Part shown: piece after piece, positions 25,529 to 39,821 of the stretch
How the letters are laid out: every line of letters begins with the position of its first letter
Numbering within the stretch: the first letter of the stretch is position 1
Assembly: GCA_964016885.1 (NCBI GenBank)
Contig: OZ024743.1
Span: 360,964,001 to 361,028,000, forward strand
Origin: Eledone cirrhosa
Taxonomy: Eukaryota
Direction of reading: 5' to 3'
Length of the DNA: 64,000 bases
The notes under the pieces: model-generated
Databases searched by the model: none
Seen by the model: only the letters and a program-made list of their open reading frames with translations
What the model was told of the DNA's origin: nothing
Made by a program: the position numbers and the translations under genes

Positions 25529-25803
25529 TTACGGTATGTGCGCATTTCTTCTTTAATTTTACTACTAATTGTGTGTGGCTGATGGTATATTTGGTCGAAG
25601 TCTGCATGCTGTCGAAATGTTCGATAAATAATGGAACGGGGCTGCCGCGAAGAGGCTACGGTCGATTGTTTGTCAGAGATTTCTCCATAAGAAAATTTAT
25701 TCTTAAAGCTTGCTAGATTTGATTTTGTATATCGTTAATTATGCTAATTAGAAGAAGAAATAGTATATATTTTAATATCTGATGATTCTAAACACATGAT
25801 TTA

Positions 25804-25889
<86 letters not shown>

Positions 25890-25910
25890 GCGTGTGTGTG
25901 TGTTTGTGTT

Positions 25911-25953
<43 letters not shown>

Positions 25954-25967
25954 TGTGTGTGTGTATA

Positions 25968-26200
25968 CAGTGGCGGATTGGCCAACTTGCCAGGTTGCCC
26001 ACTGGTAAGTGGACCCCTGTGACCCGCCCTCGTATTTTAGGGGCCAATGCTTGGCTTACGAAAAATATCTTTTTAAAAAAGTCTTAAAGGAAGAATAATA
26101 ATTTAAAAAAATAAATAAACAAATAAGCAAAGTATTTGGTCAAACAATCCCCTAGGGAGCTAATAGAAAAACCAAAATAGTGCTAACAGTTAGAATCACT
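25968..26200 (+). mobile_element. Possible hAT-type transposon end
   Basis: Begins CAGTGGCGGATT, a hAT-like terminus; no partner TIR found. Confidence 0.3.
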
Positions 26201-26247
26201 GGTAACTGTATTCATGCATGCATACATACATGGACACACACACACGT

Positions 26248-26318
<71 letters not shown>

Positions 26319-26953
26319 AAAAATGGAGAGCTGCGTGGTTGCACATGGGATACCTATGAATAAAATTAGTCCTTCATCAGTGATCTTCCAACTTTCATTG
26401 GTATTTCATCGCTTTAAAAATCATATACCTCTAGTTGGTGCAAGCAATAACTAAATAAAGTTATTGGGACAAGTCAAATAGGGTGAAACGAGTGATATAT
26501 GTAAACAAACAACGAATGTATTGCAACGGAAAGATAGGAAGAGACAAGTACATGATATGTGTAAGTTTAAGCTTGGTGAATTCATGGACGTGAGATACAG
26601 ACCATCGGACATGGGTGAGATGTGAGCGAGAAAGGATTTCACACAGGTCAAACGGGAGGAAGTGAGAGAGGGGGAGAAGCAGAGAGTGAGTGAGTGGAAG
26701 TGTCAGGAAGAGACCAGCCGAGAGAGAGTGTGACCGGCAGAGGGGGTAAAAAGAAGGTGAGAGATACAGAGAGAGGGGAAGCAGTAAGAAAGAAACAGAC
26801 AATCGCAGCTGAGGAAAAAATATTATATATATATATATATATAAATACTTACACATACACACGAGCTGCTGGCCAAAATAATTTTCATGTCAATGGGTTA
26901 GACATATGTAAAATCAATTACACACACATACACCCCCACACACACAGACACAC

Positions 26954-26992
<39 letters not shown>

Positions 26993-26999
26993 CGTGTGC

Positions 27000-27079
<80 letters not shown>

Positions 27080-27411
27080 TATTGTCACCCCACATAAATG
27101 TAAACACGGTCTCTTTCTGAAGAGCCGATTTACCACGGTGATATAAAATGGTGGGAATTAAATTTTCCGATAAATCCTAACAGACCCAAAATTCTAGATC
27201 TTGTTTACTTGTAACGTGGCGAAACACGTGTCAATTATACAATAAATGTTGATACTCTAACTGTGATGTTGTCATATTCATATTACTTATTACATTATAT
27301 AAACACTCTTGGAATTACCTTCATTGTACCCACGCTCAATCACCAAGGATGCACTAGGATAAATCATTCACTTCTCGAGTCAAAAACCCCTAACGAGATT
27401 TGATCAATACT

Positions 27412-27476
<65 letters not shown>

Positions 27477-27520
27477 ATATATATATATATATACATATAT
27501 ATAAATATATATATATAGAT

Positions 27521-27588
<68 letters not shown>

Positions 27589-27633
27589 GAAAGGTATAGA
27601 GATTGTTTTAGCATATATATATATATATATATA

Positions 27634-27896
27634 ATATTATAATGAAATGACAGGAGGCTGGATTTGTGTAAATCCTTGAAAGGTTTATTATACTATGATC
27701 ATTTCAATCACCGGGTTCCGTATGAATCCGGTGATATCATCAGATATTCGAAATATAATACGTGAATGTAATAGATAAAATCCATGGGGCTGAAAATCGA
27801 GGACTCACACAGAACCCGGTCATTGAAATGATCATAGTATAATAAACCTTTCAAGGATTTACACAAATCCAGCCTCCTGTCATTTCATCATAATAT
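27634..27896. mobile_element. PLE-type inverted pseudo-LTR unit (~85-bp inverted arms)
   Basis: Arms 27634-27718 and 27812-27896 are near-perfect inverted repeats. Each ends in the 3' half of a hammerhead plus AATAAA reading outward. A second partial copy is at 49860-50027. Confidence 0.8.
27690..27747 (-). ncRNA. Minimal type I hammerhead ribozyme
   Basis: Minus strand: AUAU CUGAUGA U AUCACCGG..CCGGUGAU U GAAA U GAUC A UA GUAU, then AAUAAA. Intact core, 8-bp stem II (first pair U.U), palindromic GAUC loop III, AUA cleavage triplet. Confidence 0.8.
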
Positions 27897-28099
27897 TTAA
27901 CTCCGTAATAGCACCACCAACTACAAAAACAAAGACGGTTGAACTGCTTTACGTTGAGTACTCTCTATATTATTACGTTACGATTGACCATACGGAATAG
28001 ACCAGCTCTATACAGTGGTGAACCACAAACCTGAATAAATATATATATATATATATATTTATTAAAATAACAGATTAAAGTTTAAGCAAAGAATCGCTG

Positions 28100-28335
28100 C
28101 TTTCACCCTTAATGGGATCTTGTGAAGGATCACAAATCCAATTTTCCGAACAACCCCTCTATTCGGTTTATTAACCCTACGAAGTCCGATTTAGGTAGAC
28201 TTAGTAAAAGGATCCTTGATAGATTTATACCTGAAATTAGAAGTGTGGCCCCTCTTGCACTGTGGAACAATTCTTTCGCGGTGATTGATTGGTTCAACGG
28301 CATATGCAACAAGCAACATTGCCGTTTTACTCAAT
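28100..28335 (+). mobile_element. Penelope-like RT N-terminal fragment
   Basis: KDHKSNFPNNPSIRFINPTKSDLGRLSKRILD...LWNN...VIDWF, a motif typical of one group of invertebrate PLEs; subclade uncertain. Confidence 0.7.
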
Positions 28336-28428
28336 TATTAATTTAAGTTATTTATATATATATACATATTTATATTTAAGTAACAGCCGTACTAAAAGTG
28401 GGAAATGAAATTTCGTTTCATTTTTTCC

Positions 28429-28480
<52 letters not shown>

Positions 28481-28485
<5 letters not shown>

Positions 28486-29678
28486 GAAGGAGTTGTAGTA
28501 AGGAACCAGATGGACGATAACGCACCAGAGTACTCAATATTTAGGGTAGTAGAGTGGGTAATAGATAGGAGAAAGTATGACCCCGACGGCAGAGCTCAAG
28601 CCATTTCGACGGCTATTTCTGGAGTTTGTTTAGTCTGGTAAATAAATAGCCGAACTTTTCAAGCGGTACTTCCTTATATGGGAAGGTTGTAGTTGTCAAG
28701 AGGATTGGTCAAAACGTGTAGCAGACATAGAAAAGTCTATCATGGCAGTGGGTGCGGGGTGGGGTGGCTGAACTCGCCTGTAGAACGATAGAGGAGTGGG
28801 TAGAGCCAGTCAAGAGTTGAAGGTGAAATATACACGGCCAATTCTAATGAATGTGTATGAAAGTAGGCCAGAGGAAGTAGGCCAAATAAGGTTTCTTTAG
28901 AAAAAGGAGTAGGGACGTTAATGAATAGGTAAATTAAATGGGATTGGGAAACAAGGAAAAAAAATATTAAAAAAAAAATATAATAAAAAATGAGAGAAAG
29001 ATATATTAGAAAGTAAGATTGGAAAGTGAGAAGTGAAATAAAACAAAAAAACTAAGGAGTCTAACACAGCTGCTATATTAGTTGGTTCTGCTTTTTCGGC
29101 CAATGCTATAGAATGAGTTGCTCGATGAGAATTATTGAAAATTTAGAATTGGGTATTAAAAATTAATACCACTTCTCTGGGGTCTAACACAGCTGCTATG
29201 AATAGTTAGTGTAGCGTAATCGGCCAATGCTATCTATAAGTTACTGGGGTAGGGGTACTGAGGCTAAATAAGCCCGATGGGCTGCATTGGGGTAGCGAAA
29301 GGGGGAAAAAACGAGGAACGAACGAGGAAGAAGATCGGCGGTGGAAAGAAGTGATAGGAGGAGAGAAAGGGAAGAATAAAACACAGAGGAAAAGAAAAGA
29401 GGTACATCTACCTATATAATTTGGGATTTTCCCTATCTTATTCGGCAAGTGGGGTGTTTCAGCCCTTGTATACCCACCCGGATCGTTAAGGGGTTTGAGA
29501 ACGAGGTAAGTCTTCCGCAATATGTGTTTGCAAGCAGTTACCAGTTCGTCTTTTTTGTTTAGGAGTTGATCCTTCGTAAACAGCATTTGTAATGTTTCCT
29601 CCGAGCATAAGTTACACGGACGGCGTCCTCCTGTGTAAGATTTAGCTCTGGACAGTAAGCCCCAAGTAAGATGGTAAG
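28481..29678 (-). mobile_element. Penelope-like element 3' part: GIY-YIG C-terminus + 3' UTR/pLTR
   Basis: 29510-29678 reads LTWGLLSRAKSYTGGRRPCNLCSEE...LLNKKDELVTACKH. Downstream there is a pyrimidine-rich UTR, a duplicated CCAAT-containing motif and a decayed hammerhead (28593-28666). Bounded by (TA)n on both sides. Confidence 0.75.
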
Positions 29679-29761
<83 letters not shown>

Positions 29762-30147
29762 TATATAATATATATATATATAATATATATACATACATAT
29801 GCAGTGACGTGGTTAGTCGGTCTGGTCACTACTTCTGATAGGATGTGAGAATAGTCTTTAAAGGAATGATATCGCATACAGTAAGGATGAACAGAGGAAG
29901 TTGAAAGGACGAGTAGGCAAGTGATGTAGTTTCGTTCAAAGAGTTATTCCATACATGAAGCGATCATACAGAGGGTCAAGGCGTATGTGAGTGACAAGTG
30001 TGGCAGGGGAGAGGAACAATGATACGCGAGTTGTCTCTGCCAAGGGTCGACTGGTGAAAGTGTTTGGAACCACTCTATTTATACAAAAATAATTGTTGAT
30101 GTTTACCGCTTGTGTGACTTAAGGGTTGTTTGTTTCACTGGGGTGAG

Positions 30148-31099
30148 GTAGCTAGATAAGCAGATAGAAGAATTGTTTATTTCATTGGTAAGCACAGATG
30201 TTATTTCCGGTGGCTATAAATTATCCCCCTGCCAGATCTTTTGTACAACAAAAGAGCGAAACATCGTATAGTAATGAGTCAGTGGTGCATTTGTAGTGAC
30301 AATAGCCCAAGGAGTGTCGAGCACGCTTTGAAATTTGGTGATCATGGCGTATAGGACAGAGTCGATGTAGAGATGATATGGCAAGATGTGTGTGTCAGGA
30401 AGAAAAAAATAAACTATAAAATGAATTTGACCAGATTTATGCAGGCATGATGAATGAGCCAGTTGCATTTGGGTTGAGATGCCTGCGAATTGCGTGACAA
30501 AAAGTTTAACAGGGCAGTGAAAAAAATAACCGTAATGTGTGAAATGAATGGCCGTAAGCATGTTGCTTAAAAGTAACAGTTTGCTCCAAAGCATATAAAT
30601 TGAGCGAATGCATGTGGTAAAAAAATAGCGAGGCATTCTCGAGCTATTGAGTGAATGTGTACGTAAAACGAAGGCCTGTGTTTTGAGGATGCGATTTGTG
30701 AAATGCGTGATCAAAGAGAAAACATTTTGTAGTGTAAGAGTTAGAGGGACAAAATATCTATGCTCAATGTATGAACCAAAGGTGAAACAAACGAGGTTGT
30801 GCATGAAAAATAGAATATGTACACGCCTTGTATAAAAATGATGGCAATTACACAATTAATATTGCAGAATATGGAAAATAAAATTTTTGGAAAACAAGAG
30901 AGAGGAGAAAAAAAATGCCATACACAATGCTATACACAATGTTTGTTCTTAAATAGTATTTGTAATAAATAATGTTCATAATAAATAATGCTAAAAATTG
31001 CAATTGTTCAAGCAGAAAGTTCATTGTATTTGTAGCTAGATAAGCAGATAGGAGAGTTGTTTATTTCATTGGTAAGCACAGATGTTATTTCCAGTGACT
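30148..31099. repeat. ~68-bp direct repeat pair (30148-30215 and 31032-31099)
   Basis: GTAGCTAGATAAGCAGATAG..TTGTTTATTTCATTGGTAAGCACAGATGTTATTTCC occurs twice with few mismatches. Confidence 0.85.
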
Positions 31100-31207
<108 letters not shown>

Positions 31208-31276
31208 TGTATATATATATATTGCAATTGGTTAGCATGGTTGCAGCCAGAGCTTCAATTTTACTGAACTACCATT

Positions 31277-31329
<53 letters not shown>

Positions 31330-34145
31330 AGGTTGTATGTAGGGGTTTATATTTGTATGTGTGTGTGTTTTATTTGTGTGTGTTTGTGCCAGTGTTTAGG
31401 TGTGTGAGCGTGTGTGTACATACACTTACAAAGAAACTGTTGTTTCTTCATATTCATCATGCAATAATATATCTAACTCAGTTTTTTTTAAAAAGGACTT
31501 TCTAAGAATCCGGGTACAATTTCTGAGTATAATTTTACCTATCATTCATTTTAGCTTCTCTTGCTCTTCCTTTGGCCTAATATTATCGTTCTTTTTGTAT
31601 CTGGTATTTCAGATCTACAGACAAACCTAATATAGGGAGGATTGAGTGCAATTGTGTTCCTGATTTCTTTGTGTGTTTGAAGCCTTTCCTCTTAATCTAA
31701 TAAGCTTACGTGAATTGTTAATCGTGCTTTGTGTATGGGGTCCATCTACAATATGATGATGTTGACATTTGTATTGTCATGAATTGCACAGGTGAATATT
31801 GCTATCCTTTACTTAATACACAATGCACGATTAACAATTGACGTAAGCTGCTTATTGTCAAAGCTTACAATTCTTCATTTAGAACTCTGTGACCCTGTCT
31901 CTGTTGGTAGAGCACATATAATATGATGCTGGAGAGAACTATAGTACTTGACACCAGCGTATGAGTGGTCGGTGCATTGCCAAATATTTATGAGGTTCAC
32001 TTTCGAATCATTAGATACCCGACTCGATCACCATTATCGTAGCATCTTCGATGAAAGGCTCATTTATCATAGTCTCGAGTCGACCCATACAATGTGAGAG
32101 TAATTACGTAGGCAAACATTGCCTGAATGCTTGACAGATTGACTGTACCCGTAAGGAAAACCGTTTGCCCTGTAGAACCCTGTATCACACTGAATCTTCA
32201 GTGAAATACTTTATGAGCACATGTGTCTGAGGGATCCTCAGTCATTTACACATATATTTCATGCAGCCTCTTCCATCGATTGAATAACTGGAACAGTTAT
32301 CGTCGAAAGCGAGGTAGTTATATTCCATAGAATTTACAAGATCGAAGTAAAAGACATTAAACCACTTTAGTGATACCAGCTTCTGATTGGTGGGCTATTA
32401 CCTCCACCGTTTGTTAGGTACTAGTACATATCGGCGAGATCCTGAACGGATAAAAGTTGAAATTGAGTTATGCGTGATATAAACATTAAATATTCAGGGC
32501 CGTAGATTAAATAAAGAATAGAACAAGACAGTGCCCAACGTTTACAAATTATGCCATCGACCTTACTCTATTGTTGGTATATATATATTAGTAAACTATC
32601 TTTATGTTTACATATTGAATTCTTCGCACACTGTTCGATTTAAATATCACTGACGACATACTTGTATATATGTTGACTGGTTATTGTTGTTGTTTGAAAC
32701 TTGTTGGGCTCTAATCCAGTATGCATGATCAGATGCATTTCAACTGTGAGCCTCCCCTAAGTTGTATAACTGGAGACTGTGTTAATCCACACGGCCTTCA
32801 TTATTTAGAACGGTATTAGCAGTCCGAAGGATAATATCAACACCCTTTTATAGCTTGAAAACAAAATTCTGAAATCTGTTCATAAAGGCTCACGAAGAAG
32901 GAGTTATACAACTTCTCTACGAAAATGAAATGTCTTACAACTATTTTATGATCCATAAAGTTTTGCTCTTTCTATGTAAAAACATACTATACATACATTG
33001 TGTTACTTTTTATTCATTAACGATGTCAAGTGTATTTTGGGTGTTATGCATTTTATAATCTGTATTAAAGGTGGTCTAACTAATATTCGAATCATCATTA
33101 TACCAAGAAAATATTTTCTCTTCGAATGTTGTCCGCGATGTCAAACGATTTAGTTTCATTACAGAGTTATAGACAGTGTATCATGTTGAATGAAAATAGA
33201 CATTTGTCTCTTGATGGTATCATTTTTGTCACATGATTAACATTTCATTTTAGAGCTGAAGTCATTGAATATCATTCAATGAAAGTTATAAAAATCCGTT
33301 CATTTATTGTATCAATTTTGTGAGAAAATATTCCATCTAAAGTAACATCTATGAATCCTAAATTTCTTAGATAATGTATTCTGCTAATCTCATTGGCAAG
33401 AACCACATAATCATTAGCATTAAAACCATTCTTAAACATAAACGAACTACGCGTCCTAGTATTACACGACTGTCTATATACATTTGATCAGATGACCATT
33501 ATATTTAATCGTTTTAAATCCTCGCTCCATAACTTTGATATCATGGGTATTTAGTAAATCTTAGAAGTCAAACTTTTGCACGCAACATAATCACGTCTAC
33601 TACCATAGACAACGGTATAATTTACTACTAGTCTTCATTATTTCGATGTAATATTTGTCGAACCGTATTAAAGTGTCTGAAAATTATATACTCAGTCAGT
33701 TTCAAACGAAAATGTATTGCGAATAAAACCGACTAATACAGTAATAGTTTAAACATACCCTTCTTTAAAATTAGACGTGTAGACATAAGTTACCTATATA
33801 TCAATTTCCTTAAATCCAGTTTTTTCAATGGGATGACGTTCTATGCAACCAATACACTGAATGCCCTCCTTTCAATTTTTTCGCAAATATATCTATAAAT
33901 TGTTCATATATATCAAGTACTTATTCAATTACTGCAACGGCGCTATGTCAGGTACATACGTTTCGTTGATCGTTGGTGATCAACTTCGTCAACCTGTGCC
34001 GATGAAAAAGAACCGGAAAGTGTTTACTCATAGAGGTGAAAAAGAAGAGCCAAATGAAGAGAAGAGAATCGAGCCAAGGGCAGATAATCCGTATGGGCGA
34101 GCAAACGCTAAATTTTATACTCAAACATTATTATTAAATGTTATG

Positions 34146-34338
34146 GATTAAAGGCGGTGGATTGGCAGTATCGGTAGAGGATCGGATGCCATGCTTTGAA
34201 GCATAGAGTTACCTCCCTGTATGATCTGAGTTCAAATCCCGCCGAGGTTAACTTTGCCTTTCATCCTTCCGGGGTCGATAGAATAAAGTAACAGTAATGC
34301 ATTGGGTAATTCCTGGCCTTGTGACAGAAGCAGAAACA
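34146..34338 (+). mobile_element. tRNA-headed SINE
   Basis: Same family; 19-bp TSD ATTATTATTAAATGTTATG at 34127-34145 and 34339-34357. Confidence 0.9.
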
Positions 34339-36830
34339 ATTATTATTAAATGTTATGAAGGGCGACTAGAGAGAAATCGATCGGTTATGAAAAACATCGA
34401 TAGGTTAAGAAGGATGTAAATCGATATTTATTAAAAGGTACTGAGAAACATGTGAACAATTCGAGAAGAACTCAATATGGGTGTTAAGTGGATTGTTATT
34501 ATTACATAATTTGCAGTACTTGAGCCCATATAAATAAGGTAGAGATTTTTCTAGTATCTTACATTTGAGGGCATTATCAAAATTCCTCCCTTTGAATTGC
34601 TCTATTTTATTTGCCGAATTTGTGGGGTTTTGTTTATTCGGTTATTGATGTTTGTTTCGTGATTGAGGAAGTAGTTTTTAAACCGGCTCTCTGACATTCC
34701 GACGTATTTCCAGGACCTGTGTTAGTGGTTTAGGTTTAATGGATAGACCTCAGCTTCGTATATTATCGGTGGGTTGTTGCATTCTTGGTCCAGCGGGCAT
34801 GACCTATCTTTTTTACAGGAACATCCATATACTTTGGAACTCTGTTGTTTATGCAGGATGCGTGAGTTATATATGTAAAGTTAAAAGGTGAAGGAGAAAA
34901 TGCACATGAGTATGTCTAAATACTATTTTTTCTTTAATCCGACATAATGAATACTTTTATAATAGTTGCATTAAATATAACCGGTTTCATTTCTAGAGCA
35001 ATCTTATCGAATATTAAATATTAAATAATTGAAAAATGTTTTTTCGTGTATTCTCTGAGCACTTTGAATATATGTGAGTTTTCTGTCAAAATTTCTTCTT
35101 AAGGTGTGATAGTGAAGGCGGAGGAGAGTTTCAATAGGTCAAGTTTCAATTGAATTCACTTGGTTAAAAATAGGAAATGTTCTTACCATTCATAATGAAC
35201 CGTGTGTGTGTGTTTGTTTATGTGTGTGCATTCATGTGTGAGCATGTACATACAACCTAAGTTATGCTGTTAGATTACAAAGAAGCGATACAAGCTCAGT
35301 TTAAATTGAAACGAAATTGTTTCTGGTGCATTGTTACATCTGTTAGGAACATAATGTGGATCATCCATCAATTTCTTTTATTCTAAACCAAAGTCCCTCT
35401 GACATGTTTAAAAGTCATAACTAATAGGAATATCATCAATATGATATTATTATTGGCTTTTATCATGGTTTGCCATAATAATATAATACTATGGCAAACC
35501 AAGTCTGGTTTAACGTCGATTAACGACAAACAGTTTAATGTCACCACATAGACATTAAAAATCATTAGAAAAATCCATATTGTTGTAAGAATTCAAACAA
35601 GGTATCCGGTGTGAGAATTCTCGAAGAGCCTGAAAATAGTCATAGATACATCCTTTCTCTCTCACTAAACAGTAAATGTATACATTTTGTAATAGAATAT
35701 GTATGTTTTCCCTGGCTATCATGAATGCTCCATGTGGTAATTGGTTGAGCTTAAACATATGATCGAAGATAAGTTGACTTGCTTCGCACATGATTTAGAG
35801 ACCGATGTACGCAAAATGTAAATTACACATGTTGATGTAAATACCACAACGTAAATAACAACCGATGCCAAAAAGAACAGCTCATATAAACGGTCTTTTG
35901 ATACACTTTTCTCGTTACATTTATATGTTTCCTAGTTATATATTGAAGTTTCAAAGCGTTCGTGTTAATCTAAATTCATCACCACAATTGTCTTATATAA
36001 TTACAATATATACATGCTGAAAAAAGCTCGTAATGTTGACTGCTTATAACTCTATTTGTAATTGAACCTATTTTAGATACTGTTGATATTTAGTATATTA
36101 TCTGTTAGATCTAACTTACTTTCCATCGTACTTATTTGCTTATAACACATGTAGATTTCTCATTCCGATTGGTGGCTAGTTCTGTCTCTCAATCTGTTTG
36201 ATCTTAGGATCTAATGTATTCGAAACATATTCAAGCTCTGTATTCACCTAAGAGAATGAAGGTAGATATTTATCATAAGGTATTTGATTTACCAAGATGA
36301 TGATCCCTCTATTTCTGAAGGATGTGTTTAATTTTCCTTAGATTTAGAAAATAGATAGCCCTAGAGGTTGGGTTAATTCAATCTCAATTTACCGCTAAGA
36401 GATGCCAGAACGTGATAGCAACATATGGCAGACTTTTCCGGAACAGAAACCAATGGCAGAGGCATGTTAAATTCAGAACTTGTTGAACAAAGGTAGAAGA
36501 ATAGGAAGGGTGGGTGAAATGAAGTACGGCGATTCTGTCAGTGGAGAGACAAGACGTTTAATAACTGATAATGTATGAAAGAAAAAATGTTATACAGATT
36601 TATAAACAGAGAGAAAGGGAAAGAGAAAGAAAAGATAGGGATTGGGGGGAGGTTAGTATAGATCAATAAAATGATAAACACTGAGATATGGAAATACAAA
36701 ATTGTATAGAGATTTAAGGGAGATATGAAATTTACCAAACTATTTCTAATGCAGCCGCCTTGTGTAGACAGAAATACTATTTTTAAATTATTCGTTTACT
36801 TGAGATATTTAATTAGAAGAATCACGGTGC

Positions 36831-36887
<57 letters not shown>

Positions 36888-36891
<4 letters not shown>

Positions 36892-37540
36892 AGCCGAATT
36901 ACCCACGCCTCGCTGCGTTTAACACATTATTTTTTGTGAGAAAATGATGATTGATTTTATATCAGTGATATAATTTATGGAGAAAAACTCTGCATTTCAA
37001 TATTGCTCAATGTAAAATGCAATGCATGAAAAACTGGAAAACATTATTCTTTGTAATATATGAAATCAAAATTACATTATTAAATCTTATTGTTATTTTG
37101 TTTCTTGTAAATAATTTTTTTTCAAAATATCAATTCAGAACCTTCGTGAATAGGCATCATATCTTGTCTTTTACCTACGGTTTAAATTTCATATAAATCG
37201 AAGGGAAAACAATTCAAGGGGTTTAATGCCACCGGGGAACCCTAATAGGGGGTTTATGCCTCATTGTGGTGTCTTAATATTATTAAAATTTGCTGAAATT
37301 TTGTGAATAGGCATCATATCTTGTCATTTAAATTTCATATAAATCGAAGGCAAACAATTTCAGCGGGGGTTTTGTGCCCCCGCGGAACCCTTTGATTAAA
37401 ATGAAATATACTTATCCAAGTACCCTGGGCAATGTAGTCTCAGAATATATATGGTTATGAGGGTCTATCTCCAAAGCGATAGGAGTAGTTCGTGAACAAA
37501 CAAACAAACAAACAAACAGGAATACATATATATATATAGA
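36888..37540 (+). mobile_element. Non-autonomous Helitron/Helentron-like element (DINE-1/HINE-like architecture)
   Basis: Starts ACAAGCCGAATTACCCACGCCTCGCTGCG, has an internal ~150-bp tandem duplication (37140-37260 and 37300-37390), a (CAAA)n tract and a TATATATATAGA end. Confidence 0.6.
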
Positions 37541-37839
37541 ATTAATAAATATGTACTCCAATGTTAACTTGTCTATAATTCTGTACTACATTGACCCCTT
37601 TAACTAAATTTTGTCCAAACAACACCACTAGAAGAATTTACTCCCCCCGCCAACCTTAACACGCCTCATTTAGCTAACTGCTGCCAAAACATTTTCCTCT
37701 ATACAATCTCTACTACTCTGACAGTCTTGAATCCTAAGACTACCTCCCCTTTACTCGCTTCCCTCTTCCTCTTCCCATCCTACCTCCTACTTTCTCACAT
37801 ATCTAGTGTATAAAATATTCTCCTATCATTCTACCATAA

Positions 37840-37956
37840 AGGTCTGACGACATGGTGTGTTCTCTTACAGTGTACCTACGATTTATGATAATATTTTTAT
37901 ATTATACAAATAGCGAGGTATAGGTAACCCACACACTATAGAAACAATTGTTACCT
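37840..37956 (+). ncRNA. Minimal type I hammerhead ribozyme with ~90-nt extended stem II
   Basis: AGGU CUGACGA C AUGGUGUGU...ACACACUAU A GAAA C AAUU G UU ACCU. Stem II continues (UUAC/GUAA, UGUACCU/AGGUAUA, AUAAUAU/AUAUUAU); first stem-II pair C.A. TATA-like TATAAAA about 30 nt upstream. Confidence 0.75.
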
Positions 37957-37999
37957 AATACATTCTTTATACCCGCATTTCCGTTTCATAAACTTCTTC

Positions 38000-38045
<46 letters not shown>

Positions 38046-38052
<7 letters not shown>

Positions 38053-39280
38053 AGGACAAGAAAATGGTGACAGATTTTTTCCAGTGAAAAATAGTTTAAT
38101 TAGGAATAAGTATAAATTAGTTATAAGTAATGGTTAGTATTCAGTGTTAGTTTTAAGTTTTTTACCAGTTGCGCATTTCAAATGGTTTTCAAAAATAATT
38201 CTGAGATAGAGCGTTCGTGATTTGGTTGGTTGTTGAATGTCACGTGAATAAGCACTATAATTTTGATTGGTCGGTAGAAGTCACGTGAATGTTCAATAAT
38301 AAAAGAGCTCAAATGATGTATTGTATTGTCATAACACCAAGGTGTGTGTGAGTGTTTCCAGGTTGTACGTACTGCAAGGGAATCCATTAGGCCCTGCCGT
38401 ATGGGATACTTGTGGATAGAAATGGATGTAGGATGTATGTTGATGTAGGTATGTATGTGCACGTGTGTATGTTGTGGGTTCGACTTAGGGAGAAGTGTTT
38501 AGATGGGGTCCGTATTTGTTAATAAAGTGAGATTCCTTGCAGATGCACTAGGTGTGGATGGCATTATCTTTAAATTTGTAGAGGGGAAAGATTCTAAAGC
38601 TGGGATGATTTTGGGTAGCACAGGTATCAATGTGTTCACTCAGCGGTATTTTTCAGAATTCCCGTATTTTGATTTGTGATCTATGGACAGTCATGCGTTG
38701 GCGGAGGCTGTCTTTAGTCTGGCCTATGTATTGTTCTCGACAACCTGAGCAAGTTAATACATATCTTAGGTTTTCTGATGCGCATGTGAAATTGTGCTTT
38801 ACTATAAAACGTTGTCCCTGTTTGAAATAGAATTCTGAACCCTCTATTAGGTTGGTGCATATGCCACAGTTGGGTCTATCGCATTTTTTTTACTGTGGGT
38901 TTCGTTGTTGTCGTTGGTATTACCTTGGCATGTGTTAGGATGTTTTTCATTGACTTAGATTGTCTTTTGCTCTTTATAATATCGTGTGTTCCAAGGATTT
39001 GATTCATTCTATGGTCCTTCTGTAACACAGGGATGTTCTGGAGGATGGTGTCAAAGGCCTCATTGTTGATGGGGTTATGTGTGGAGATGTATGGTAGAGC
39101 TTTTAGTTTCGGTTGGTTTGCTTTTGGGTCTCTAAGATCCTGGGTACTGAGTTTCAGCGCATGTTGGATTCCATTGTCAATTAGTGATGCAGGGTAGTCC
39201 TTGCCTATGAATGTGTCCTTTAGTTGTTGTATCCGTAAGTAACAGGTGTTTTTATTGTACATATTCCCTTGGCTAAGTTA
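38046..39280 (-). mobile_element. Penelope-like (Neptune-type) element 3' part: thumb, Cys linker, GIY-YIG, pLTR
   Basis: ORF 38876-39262 continues after a frameshift as KCDRPNCGIC...FTCASENLRYVLTCSGCREQYIGQTKDSLRQRMTVH...E.HFINKYGPHLN to about 38485. Decayed hammerhead at 38164-38226. Confidence 0.85.
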
Positions 39281-39471
39281 TATATATATATATTTATTAA
39301 AATAACAGATTAAATATTTGCTCTACGGTTCTTATATATCCGATATATATTTATCCTTATCGAGCCCTCTTTTGGATTTTAGTCTTCAAATTTATTATAT
39401 ATATATTGGTTGCCCTTGAAATATGTATAATAAAATAAATATGGTTTTATAAATATTGTTTCCATTTATTA

Positions 39472-39531
<60 letters not shown>

Positions 39532-39723
39532 TGGAAGGTTAGAAAAATCGAAGCTTTGGCTGTGGCCATACAAAGTCTACATACAATAGAAATGAGTTAG
39601 GAAAGCACTCGATAAGGGTAAGTCCTTAGAGTAGTATTTTAACCTTCTAGTTCTTTCGTTACTTTGGTATTGCATGGTTGGGTTTTGCCTACCGCAACGT
39701 TCAATTTGTCAAGCTATTTAAAC

Positions 39724-39786
<63 letters not shown>

Positions 39787-39821
39787 ATATAAGATCAAAA
39801 GATGGTTAAAAGAGGTCCATG

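Noticed and set aside
26320-26390. CUGAUGA on the minus strand in a pLTR-like context
   Set aside because: GAAA is missing and stems are weak; at best a heavily decayed remnant.
27105-27160. CTGAAGA-GCCG..CGGT-GATA
   Set aside because: GATA instead of GAAA, and no convincing stems I/III.
34800-34870. Possible 41-nt exon (TTTTTACAG...GTGAGT)
   Set aside because: Splice-like signals only; no neighbouring exons or homology to support it.
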